Assembly: GCA_964619365.1 (NCBI GenBank)
Contig: CAZUDQ010000010.1
Location: 1 to 49,545 of the forward strand
Source of the DNA: an uncultured archaeon
GTDB taxonomy: Archaea; Altiarchaeota; Altiarchaeia; JAFGQM01
Direction of reading: 5' to 3'
Length of the DNA stretch: 49,545 nt
Below are positions 38,427-46,473 of this stretch, piece by piece. Position numbers and translations under genes: made by a program. The notes below the pieces were generated by a model. The model was not told the DNA's origin, searched no databases, and saw only the letters and a list, made by a program, of their open reading frames with translations. How positions within the stretch are numbered: the first letter of the stretch is position 1; each line of letters opens with the position of its first letter.

Positions 38427-38969
38427 ATGATTGGCAAAATAAAGAACTTGCACCAGAAGCGGGCGGGACAGGTGTTCTCCTTAGATGCGTTCTTTTCACT
38501 TCTTGCAATAATGCTCATATTTGGAACATCTCTGCAGTATATCTATTTGTCAGGAGAAGAATTGGGGAGTTTGCATGATATAAAATCACTCGAGTTCCCT
38601 GCGCGCGCCACAGCAGATATCGCATACGCGGCATATATTGATGACCCATTAAGTCCCACAATGCTAATCCAGAACGGCGATTGTCAAAACTTAGTTCAGG
38701 GCAGTATTACACAGGGTCAAATACCTGATGTGGGTTATTGGCTTGAAGCAGCAGACCTTGCCAAGTCAGACAATTATATGGAAAAGAGTATATGCGAGGA
38801 ATGTTACCCGCAAGAAAACTGTGGGACGGGGGACAAACTATACCTTTTTAACAATGCAAACCAGACAACAGCATCAGTTGTGCGTTTCATGCTTGCCCCA
38901 GACGCCAGCGGAAGCTTAGTGCCGGGCAGAATAGCAACAGTATCATTTAACATTTGGAAAGAACAATGA
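38427..38969 (+). CDS. Class III signal-peptide minor pilin
   Basis: KRAG|QVFSLDAFF; start reassigned to ATG 38427. Confidence 0.85.
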   Translation: MIGKIKNLHQKRAGQVFSLDAFFSLLAIMLIFGTSLQYIYLSGEELGSLHDIKSLEFPARATADIAYAAYIDDPLSPTMLIQNGDCQNLVQGSITQGQIPDVGYWLEAADLAKSDNYMEKSICEECYPQENCGTGDKLYLFNNANQTTASVVRFMLAPDASGSLVPGRIATVSFNIWKEQ

Positions 38970-39385
38970 AAAAGATAAGCTCAAAAAAAGGCCTTGCGGC
39001 AATGCTCGATTCACTTTTTGCATTTTCAATTGCGATAATGGCAATTGGCACACTTGCACTACTCGCCGTGCCTGGGGAAAGTTCAAGCCAGGCTACTGAT
39101 TATTCGGTGAATGTATGGGCTGAGGACATAGCTGATGCCTTTGCAATAAGTTTGGATTGGAACCAGACAAAAGCAAGCGATTCAAATTTTCAGACAGAAT
39201 TTAATCAAAGCATAAATGCGATTGCGGGCAGCTTCCACATGTACATTTCAGCAGAGCTAAACGGCAACTCTTTTGAAGCGAGTGGGAACTACAATGTGCC
39301 AGACACAATAGCTGTTGCAAAACGTGTTCTTTATGACGCCTCAATCGACGAGTTTTCAATTTTGGAGGTAAAAGTTGGGATATAA
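38966..39385 (+). CDS. Class III signal-peptide minor pilin
   Basis: KKG|LAAMLDSLF; ATGA overlap at 38966; C-terminal LEVKV strand. Confidence 0.8.
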   Translation: MKKISSKKGLAAMLDSLFAFSIAIMAIGTLALLAVPGESSSQATDYSVNVWAEDIADAFAISLDWNQTKASDSNFQTEFNQSINAIAGSFHMYISAELNGNSFEASGNYNVPDTIAVAKRVLYDASIDEFSILEVKVGI

Positions 39386-39386
39386 G

Positions 39387-39719
39387 ATGAAACAAAAAGG
39401 CTATGTATTCAGTATAGGAATCGCGCTCCTTTTGATTGTGGCTTTTGTAATGGCAATAGCCCTTATCATGTCCCAGTCAGTCTTAAGAGAAGGCAATTAT
39501 GATGAGATTGCCGTAAGAAAGCTTGTGGGTGCTGCCAGAAATGCAAAAGTGCTTGATGAATTGGGCGTTGGGTTAAGTAATGCAACGGATGAAATGGCGA
39601 GTGCAGGTTTTCCCTTTAACATACGGTCTGAGATAGTTTCGTATGGGGGTTCTGATAAGTATTACATGATGTTTGAGACATCATCAATACAACTTTCAAC
39701 AGAGTTTGACAACCCTTAG
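39387..39719 (+). CDS. Pilin-like protein with class III-like signal
   Basis: KQKG|YVFSIGIALL; start reassigned to ATG 39387. Confidence 0.75.
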   Translation: MKQKGYVFSIGIALLLIVAFVMAIALIMSQSVLREGNYDEIAVRKLVGAARNAKVLDELGVGLSNATDEMASAGFPFNIRSEIVSYGGSDKYYMMFETSSIQLSTEFDNP

Positions 39720-40154
39720 ATGCCAAAGAAAGAGAGTAAGCGGACATTTGAATTCTTTGCAAAAGGACACCCAAACGTTCTTTGTGAGCACAGAAGCACT
39801 CTTGAAATAACACGCGAAGCTTTCCTCACAAAAAAAGGTGATTGCATAATAGGGATTTCCTCAGAAAAAGCATGCGCAGATATTCCCGACTGGCTAAAGT
39901 CCCACTTAGAAAACGGCGGCAGGATTCAGATAAAACTATCCTGTGGTAAAATTCACGACACAATAGAAGCAAAAGGCGATAAGAAGCTCTCATTTGAATC
40001 AAAAGATTCTATTGTCATAAGAAAAAGTGATTTTTGTTGTGGCAGGACGCTTTGTGTCAATTCGAATAAGGTGGCATGTGATATTTCACGAGAATTGATA
40101 AACGCTCTTGTGGATAAGAACAGCAATCTAAAAGTAGAGATAACAGTTCTCTAA
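39720..40154 (+). CDS. DUF371-family archaeal protein
   Basis: AKGHPNV..EH..TLEIT.E.FLT.KGDCIIG, VIRKSDF, K.A.DI.RELI. Confidence 0.9.
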   Translation: MPKKESKRTFEFFAKGHPNVLCEHRSTLEITREAFLTKKGDCIIGISSEKACADIPDWLKSHLENGGRIQIKLSCGKIHDTIEAKGDKKLSFESKDSIVIRKSDFCCGRTLCVNSNKVACDISRELINALVDKNSNLKVEITVL

Positions 40155-40489
40155 GATATTTCAAGAGCCTTTAAGCACGCCGTATACTCTACAGTTTCTT
40201 CCCATGAGCACCCCTTAACACCTAAGGAACAGCGGCTATATTTGAGGCAGTCATATTCTTTCTTGTAACTGCAGTCCGAAAGCATTGGAGTTTCTGCGCA
40301 AATCTCATTTGAGCACCCTGAGACCACACAGCTTGCGTCCTGCAGCTCAGCTGCAGTTTCGCCTTCAGTCACATTTAGTATCTCATCAAGTATTTCAAAA
40401 TCATTTACCGAGTCGATACTCGTTAGGACAGTCAAACCGACAGCTGCTATAACCAGAACGAATACTGCGTAGATGAGAGTCTTTTCCAT
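40151..40489 (-). CDS. Membrane-anchored Cys-cluster protein (eight-cysteine-cluster-like)
   Basis: N-terminal TM; CVVSGCSNEICA..SDC..EYDCLKYSRC..GCSW..CL. Confidence 0.75.
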   Translation of the reverse strand: MEKTLIYAVFVLVIAAVGLTVLTSIDSVNDFEILDEILNVTEGETAAELQDASCVVSGCSNEICAETPMLSDCSYKKEYDCLKYSRCSLGVKGCSWEETVEYTACLKALEIS

Positions 40490-40522
40490 ATCACTATTAT
40501 TAGGCGATTTGTGGCTAAAAAG

Positions 40523-41275
40523 CTATTGTCTTCCCACCCTTGACATAATTAAAGCAAGGCACAGTATCACAATAATGCTTCCAAGCATCATCCAAAGACC
40601 TGGATGATAGCCTACGGACAACGCATCATCCTGTAACGTTAACGTGTCTTTTGTCTGCGGCCCCGGAACGTCTAGGGTATTAGCTTCCCAAGCATCTCCA
40701 TCATCCACCTCAAAAGCAATCGCCTCCTCAACGTCACCGCCATCTCCTGTTGCCATAACAGCCCTTGTGGCATCATCTGTGGCCGCAGGGGGCATTACTG
40801 ATTTTTGCATTGATAATTCAGGTATGTTGGCGAGCTCTCCATACAATAATGGCTCACCAGGGTATGTCGTAGCTGGCGACTGGAAGGCGAGTTCCACTCC
40901 AACTGAGAGCACTATTGCCAGCAGGAATAAAGGCAAAAGCCCCCGAAGCGCATTTGCTATGCTCCGCTCATCCATACCTTTTGGAACTATGGCTATAATC
41001 TTATTTGTAGGTCCGTATATCTTCATGTCGCGCCCTTTCCTGCTTTTTTCAACGCGCTCAACTTCGACAAGACCAGCTTTTTCTAAATTCTCAAGATTAT
41101 ACTGTGCAGTGTTTATTGCTATGTCGGTTTTGTAAGCAATTTTCATCGCAGACAGGGGTTCGTCTGAAATAAGGTTCAGAATCTTTCTTGCAGTAGGATT
41201 TGCTAGAACTGAACTCACGTTTCCGCTTTCTCCATCTCCAAGCGGAATAATTGCAACTTTACTTTCCTTAGCCAT
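40523..41275 (-). CDS. Membrane-tethered ArsR-like wHTH regulator
   Basis: VLANPTARKIL...AQYNLENLEKAGLVEV..SRKGRDMKIY; two TMs flanking an acidic loop. Confidence 0.85.
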   Translation of the reverse strand: MAKESKVAIIPLGDGESGNVSSVLANPTARKILNLISDEPLSAMKIAYKTDIAINTAQYNLENLEKAGLVEVERVEKSRKGRDMKIYGPTNKIIAIVPKGMDERSIANALRGLLPLFLLAIVLSVGVELAFQSPATTYPGEPLLYGELANIPELSMQKSVMPPAATDDATRAVMATGDGGDVEEAIAFEVDDGDAWEANTLDVPGPQTKDTLTLQDDALSVGYHPGLWMMLGSIIVILCLALIMSRVGRQ

Positions 41276-41285
41276 TTTCTAAATC

Positions 41286-43202
41286 TTAGAAGAGCCACTC
41301 ATCTCCTGTGTACTCTTCTATCTGAACTTCAGCTGTTGATGGGGCTTTCTCCAATATCTCCAACATATCGATTTCTTGTTCTAAGCTATAATCGCCAAGT
41401 ATGTCCATTTGTGACTCAAAGTATTTTGTGAAATTACCAAACACTTCTTTGTAGTGTGGGGATACCGTTAAGTCAACACTTGCCCGCTCCCATGGGGAAA
41501 AGACATGGTAATAATAACAGTCGGGACATTCCTCTTCAGTCGGCTGCTCTGGTGGAAGGAGTATTCCGCATTTTTCAGAGACGCGGTAATCACAAGGCAT
41601 TGGTACTGGAACTAGCCATGGTCCTGGTGTATCATCACCGCGCTCATCAAGTATCCAGTCCTTTATGACACTCGTGTACCTTGATAGGAGGATGCCCTTT
41701 TCTATTCCTGTGTTTGGATAAGTCTCTTCACTTCCTCCAAGAACTATCTCCTTTTCTACTTTGTGGGTTTGCCCACCCCGGTCCTTGTAGCTTGCAATAA
41801 GAGTTGCTTTGCCAACCTCACCATCAGTCAAAGGAGTGAGCTTGAGTATGATTATTCCGCCTTTAACCTCGCCACCTTCGCTTTTTGAGGGGAAAAGAGT
41901 GTTTACTTTCATAATCTCGCCAGTTGCGGCGTCAGCTTCAGGGCTCCCAAACACCCTCTCGATTTCATAATCATCAGAGTCTAAGGAAAGTATCAAGTCA
42001 AAGACAAGGGGGGTTACCATGTATTCAAAGCCTTCGTCCATTCTCTCTTTAAAGTCCTTTCCGGAATGAACTGAATAGTAGTTTGCACCCTTCACTTTGG
42101 AGATGGCTTCAATGAGTTCAGTGTTAAAGTCAACACCTATTCCGATAAACGTTGAGTAGATACCGTCATCAGCGTTCTTCCCAGTCATTCCAAGAAGGCT
42201 TTCCTCGCTTATTGCGCCCGTATTTGGCATGGCGTCAGTCAGGAAGATTATTCTGTTCTCATACTCGGATTTATCTGCGTTAATATATTCTTTGAATTCT
42301 TCAGTTCCAAGGGCCATTCCAGCCTCCATATTTGTCCCACCCTGGTCCTTAAGTTCTAAGATGTGATCTGCAATAGCACCCATATCTGTGTTGCCAACAA
42401 GCGAGAGTGGCTTAGCAAGATAACCTGTGTCATCAAAAACAACCATGCCGAAGCGGTCGTCATCATTTAGGTGTGAAAGAAGTTCGACAACAGCTTCGTT
42501 TGCTATTTCCATCTTGCTTTTATCCATATCCTCATCATAGATTGGTTCTTTGCCCGGAGTGAACTGGTCGTAGTAATACTTGTCAAAAGGCGAGCCCATA
42601 GAACCCGAGATATCAAGGACGACAACAAGATTTAGTTTCTTTCTTTCAAAGTCGCTTTCCTTGATATTTGAGTCAAGCCCGACGGAAAGATAATCTTCAA
42701 GTTCTCCTGAAAGTGGATCTTTGCTTTTTGCATAACTGTAACTTGGACAAAATAGCTCTTCACAAGGACTGTCGGTTTTCCCTGTGTCAAAGAAATAGTC
42801 GTAGAAAAGCCCCTCATAAGTAATGTCTGTGTAAAGCGGGAAATAGCCTTCTTCTAAATTTGCCCTGAAATTCTCAATGTCTTTTGCCCCCCCGACTGAG
42901 AATCCCAAGTTTCCATCAGCCGCCTCCATTTGCATTGTTGGCGCATAACCACCTGTCGTTCCGCCAAAACTTTTTGAGATTCCACCCCAAAAATCCTCCG
43001 ACGAATCATACTTTAAGGACCAGTCGTCGATTTTTACGCTTATTGAACCGTTGGGGGTAGTGATAAGTATTGTGTCCGGGCCGCTTACAGTTAATACTGC
43101 AACAAGTGCTATTACTGCAATACAGATGCATACTCCAAAAAGCGTCCACTCATTTTTCGTGCTTTTCACAGCGGATTTTTCAACAGTTTTTTTCTTGTCC
43201 AT
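41286..43202 (-). CDS. Membrane-anchored VWA-domain protein
   Basis: MIDAS VLDISGSM, GGTNM, IIFLTDA, IGIGVDFN; N-terminal TM. Confidence 0.9.
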   Translation of the reverse strand: MDKKKTVEKSAVKSTKNEWTLFGVCICIAVIALVAVLTVSGPDTILITTPNGSISVKIDDWSLKYDSSEDFWGGISKSFGGTTGGYAPTMQMEAADGNLGFSVGGAKDIENFRANLEEGYFPLYTDITYEGLFYDYFFDTGKTDSPCEELFCPSYSYAKSKDPLSGELEDYLSVGLDSNIKESDFERKKLNLVVVLDISGSMGSPFDKYYYDQFTPGKEPIYDEDMDKSKMEIANEAVVELLSHLNDDDRFGMVVFDDTGYLAKPLSLVGNTDMGAIADHILELKDQGGTNMEAGMALGTEEFKEYINADKSEYENRIIFLTDAMPNTGAISEESLLGMTGKNADDGIYSTFIGIGVDFNTELIEAISKVKGANYYSVHSGKDFKERMDEGFEYMVTPLVFDLILSLDSDDYEIERVFGSPEADAATGEIMKVNTLFPSKSEGGEVKGGIIILKLTPLTDGEVGKATLIASYKDRGGQTHKVEKEIVLGGSEETYPNTGIEKGILLSRYTSVIKDWILDERGDDTPGPWLVPVPMPCDYRVSEKCGILLPPEQPTEEECPDCYYYHVFSPWERASVDLTVSPHYKEVFGNFTKYFESQMDILGDYSLEQEIDMLEILEKAPSTAEVQIEEYTGDEWLF

Positions 43203-43316
43203 TTCTTTTTATTTTTTAGGATGCTATCTATTTAAAGAAGGTTAGATACGCTTTGAACCTATCATGCCCTCCTTTTATTGGGTAAAAATCTAAACTAAAG
43301 TATTTTCATATTAAGA

Positions 43317-44510
43317 ATGGCAGATATTTTCTCAGCATTCGGGCTTTCAGTACCTGCAGCATCAAATGTCACAAACACAGTCGCACCGGCCGTAATCAAC
43401 AGTACCCATAAGGCTTCAGGATTCTTTTCAGATTTTGTCAAGCAGGACATGGGATTTTTGACAGACACTACACTATTTGGCAACACGCTTTGGCAGCTTG
43501 CAGTGTTTTGCATAATAATCATAGCATCAATTGTAATAGGAAAGATAATCTACTACCTAATCAAAAATAAGCTTTTGTCCAAAGCCGAAAAGACTGCAAA
43601 CACAATTGATGACCAGCTTGTTAAAACGGCTGGCGGCCCGCTTATGCTCGCAATATTTCTCATAGGTTTGGGGATAGCAATAGACATCGTGCGCATGCCT
43701 GCTGAACTTTACATGTTCCTTGAGGACATAATCGGCGTTGCAGTAACTCTTGTCGGAGTATGGTTTGTCTTCCGCTTAATTGATATAATCATTGGAAGCT
43801 ATCTTGCTCCAATGGCGCTAAAGACTGGGACAAAGGTTGACAATTCAATGCTCCCAGGTCTTTCAAAAGGGCTTAAGGCAATTGTACTCATGATCGGGCT
43901 TTTGGTCATCGTTGGCAATATGGGTTATGACCTAACAGCAATAATTGCCATACTTAGTGTTGCATCAATTGGTGTCAGTTTCGCCCTTAAAGATACCTTT
44001 GAAAACATCTTCTCAGGGATAATTCTCTACGTTGACCGTCCCTTTAAGATAGGTGACAGAATAAAGGTAAACGATAAGACTTACGGGGATGTAACAGACA
44101 TTGGCATACGAAGCTCAAAGATTAAGAACCTTGATAACAATGTCGTCATAATAGCAAACAAAGAGCTTGTCAATTCCACACTTGAGAACTACCTTAAGCC
44201 GAATAAGAAAGCAAAGAAGAAGTTTAATATAGGCCTTGTATATGGGACAAAGCAAAAGGACATGGAAAAGGCAATAAAGATAATAGAAAACGCAATAAAG
44301 ACAACTGAGGGCGTAACACCAGATAAGCCTCTAATAACATTCAATAAGTTCGGAGATTTCTCACTTAACATTCTTGTTATCTACTGGATAAAGTCCCTTG
44401 ATTACTGGCTTTCAGCAGAGCATGATATCAACATGAAGATTCTCTCCGAGTTTGAAAAAGCCGGACTTGAAATGGCCTTCCCGACCCAGACTATCCATAT
44501 CGAGAAATGA
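43317..44510 (+). CDS. mscS: Small-conductance mechanosensitive channel family protein
   Basis: FALKDTFENIFSG..DRPFKIGD..G.V.DIGIRS, FGDFSLN, AFPTQT. Confidence 0.92.
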   Translation: MADIFSAFGLSVPAASNVTNTVAPAVINSTHKASGFFSDFVKQDMGFLTDTTLFGNTLWQLAVFCIIIIASIVIGKIIYYLIKNKLLSKAEKTANTIDDQLVKTAGGPLMLAIFLIGLGIAIDIVRMPAELYMFLEDIIGVAVTLVGVWFVFRLIDIIIGSYLAPMALKTGTKVDNSMLPGLSKGLKAIVLMIGLLVIVGNMGYDLTAIIAILSVASIGVSFALKDTFENIFSGIILYVDRPFKIGDRIKVNDKTYGDVTDIGIRSSKIKNLDNNVVIIANKELVNSTLENYLKPNKKAKKKFNIGLVYGTKQKDMEKAIKIIENAIKTTEGVTPDKPLITFNKFGDFSLNILVIYWIKSLDYWLSAEHDINMKILSEFEKAGLEMAFPTQTIHIEK

Positions 44511-44791
44511 GCCAGGAGCAAAAACGCGCCCGCGTTACAGTCTCGGGGACAGTCCAAGGCGTTTACTTCAGAGCATCCTGTCGTGATGAGGCAAGGCGTG
44601 TTGGAGCCACGGGATGGGTCAGAAATCTTCCGAGTGGGGTCGTTGAGGCACTTTTTGAAGGAGATGTATTCGCCGTTGCAAAAATGATTGCCTGGATGGA
44701 AAACGGTCCTTCGGCGGCAACTGTTACACACCGGAAAGTCGAATGGGAAGCCCCAAAAGGCGAATTTGTCGGGTTTAATGTCACTTACTAA
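44507..44791 (+). CDS. acyP: Acylphosphatase
   Basis: GTVQGVYFR, GWVRN, GPSAA. Confidence 0.95.
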   Translation: MSQEQKRARVTVSGTVQGVYFRASCRDEARRVGATGWVRNLPSGVVEALFEGDVFAVAKMIAWMENGPSAATVTHRKVEWEAPKGEFVGFNVTY

Positions 44792-44977
44792 AAAGTAAGA
44801 TTTTCTTACTTTCTCCGAAATAGCGGAGGACTATGGTCGGGTTACTTTGTAACCCAACGTAATAGAAATTTAAAAGTAAGATTTTCTTACTTTCTCCGAA
44901 ATAGCGGAGGACTATGGTCGGGTTACTTTGTAACCCAACGTAATAGAAGAATTTAAAAGTAAGATTTTCTTACTTTT
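44791..44977. repeat. Tandem structured repeat: units of 81 and 83 nt plus a third copy of the 23-nt palindrome
   Basis: Units start at 44791, 44872 and 44955; AAAAGTAAGA-TTT-TCTTACTTT occurs three times; the intervening segments are identical except for 2 nt. Confidence 0.9.
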
Positions 44978-44980
44978 GAT

Positions 44981-45991
44981 TTATGACTGGTTAAAGTGGT
45001 TATAACCCTTAGCTTCAAGCTTTGATATCTTGCCACCCTTTCCAATAAGGCGAATCTCCTTTCCAGGCACTACGCGACCTATTTCAGTAAGACATGGAAG
45101 CTTCTTTTTTAGTTTCTTCCAACTTTCCTTTCTTATCGTGCAAAGCAGTTCAAAATCCTCACCAATGTTATAAGTCATCTCCTTAAGGTCAAGGTCAAAT
45201 TCTGTGCATACAAGTTTAGTTGCTTCCCTAACTGGAACCCTTTCCTCTATTATCTCAAAACCGCAGGAGCTAGCCTTTGACATGTAACCAAGTGAGTATG
45301 CAAGCCCGTCAGAGATATCTGTGCAGCTCGTAACGCCCCCAGAGCGCGCAAGTAGCTTGCCTTCCTTTACCCGCGCCTTAGGATCCCTACAGGAACCTAT
45401 TGCCCATTTTTCAATACTACCCCGTTCTTTAGGTGAAAATCCCGTTAAGTCAAGATTATTAGTAAGTATCTGCCAGCCGCATGCAGCTCCACCAAGGGGT
45501 CCAGTGACTGCAACAATATCTCCATCCTTTGCACCACCGCGTCGCATAACATCATCTTTATTCTTTATCTCGCCGAAAGCAACCCCATCAAGTATAAGCT
45601 TCTCTGAAGAATTCATATCCCCCCCAAGGAACTTTGCGCCAGCTTCCCTGCAGGCAGATTCTGCACCCCTAAAAATCTCCTTAAACGCTTCAAGAGGATA
45701 GTTTTTCCCGACACCAAGAGATAAGAGGAATCCTTTGGGTGAAGCGCCCATAGATGCAAGATCTGAAAAATTAACCACAGCGGCTTTGCGTCCAGTCTGA
45801 AAGGGCGTCATGCCAGGATAGATATGGATTCCTTCCTGAATCATGTCAGTGCATATTGTAAGAAAGCTGTCGCCAAAGGGAATAACAGCGGCGTCATCCC
45901 CCACGGGAACAGTCACACCTCTGGGTTTGCCTAAGAATTCACTTATCCATGAAATCGCAGAGTCCTCACCAATATCCCCAAGCTTTGTCAT
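44981..45991 (-). CDS. thiL: Thiamine-phosphate kinase
   Basis: GDDAA, NFSDLASMGA, GGD, DISDGL, GEDFEL, GYNHF; start reassigned to MTKLGDIGE. Confidence 0.95.
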   Translation of the reverse strand: MTKLGDIGEDSAISWISEFLGKPRGVTVPVGDDAAVIPFGDSFLTICTDMIQEGIHIYPGMTPFQTGRKAAVVNFSDLASMGASPKGFLLSLGVGKNYPLEAFKEIFRGAESACREAGAKFLGGDMNSSEKLILDGVAFGEIKNKDDVMRRGGAKDGDIVAVTGPLGGAACGWQILTNNLDLTGFSPKERGSIEKWAIGSCRDPKARVKEGKLLARSGGVTSCTDISDGLAYSLGYMSKASSCGFEIIEERVPVREATKLVCTEFDLDLKEMTYNIGEDFELLCTIRKESWKKLKKKLPCLTEIGRVVPGKEIRLIGKGGKISKLEAKGYNHFNQS

Positions 45992-46044
45992 ATAAGTATT
46001 TATCTGCTCATCTAATAAATCCAAAAGAAACAAACTTAAAAAGA

Positions 46045-46473
46045 ATGAAACGCGTCATTGCAACAGGAGTCTTTAATATCCTTCACCCTGGCCACATTGC
46101 TTTCCTTGAAGCTGCAAGGGAGATAGCAGGAGATTACGGCGAGCTTATTGTGATTGTCACAAGTGACGTCATGGCAAAAAAACAGAAGGGCAAACATGTC
46201 CTGCCTGCCGAACAGAGACGCGATGTTGTGGGCTCACTAAAGATTGTAAGCTCAGCATTAATCGGCGACCCAATTGATATGATGGTTCCCATAAAAGAAG
46301 TTTGTCCAGACGTAATAATCCTAGGATTCGACCAGGAAATCTCAGAAAAAGAACTGGAAGAAAAGTTAGAAAAAGCAGGTATTAACGCAGATATCATTCG
46401 CATAAAAGAATCAAAAAAAGGCGAGTATATGTCTACAAGTTCGATTGTTGAGAAGATACGAAACTCCAAGTAG
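46045..46473 (+). CDS. ribL: Archaeal FAD synthase (cytidylyltransferase family)
   Basis: ATGVFNILHPGH, PDVIILGFDQ, STSSI; start reassigned to MKRVIA. Confidence 0.8.
   Translation: MKRVIATGVFNILHPGHIAFLEAAREIAGDYGELIVIVTSDVMAKKQKGKHVLPAEQRRDVVGSLKIVSSALIGDPIDMMVPIKEVCPDVIILGFDQEISEKELEEKLEKAGINADIIRIKESKKGEYMSTSSIVEKIRNSK

Noticed and set aside
44791-44977. CRISPR-like repeat-spacer pattern
   Set aside because: Spacers are nearly identical and about 58-60 nt long; no leader or cas genes
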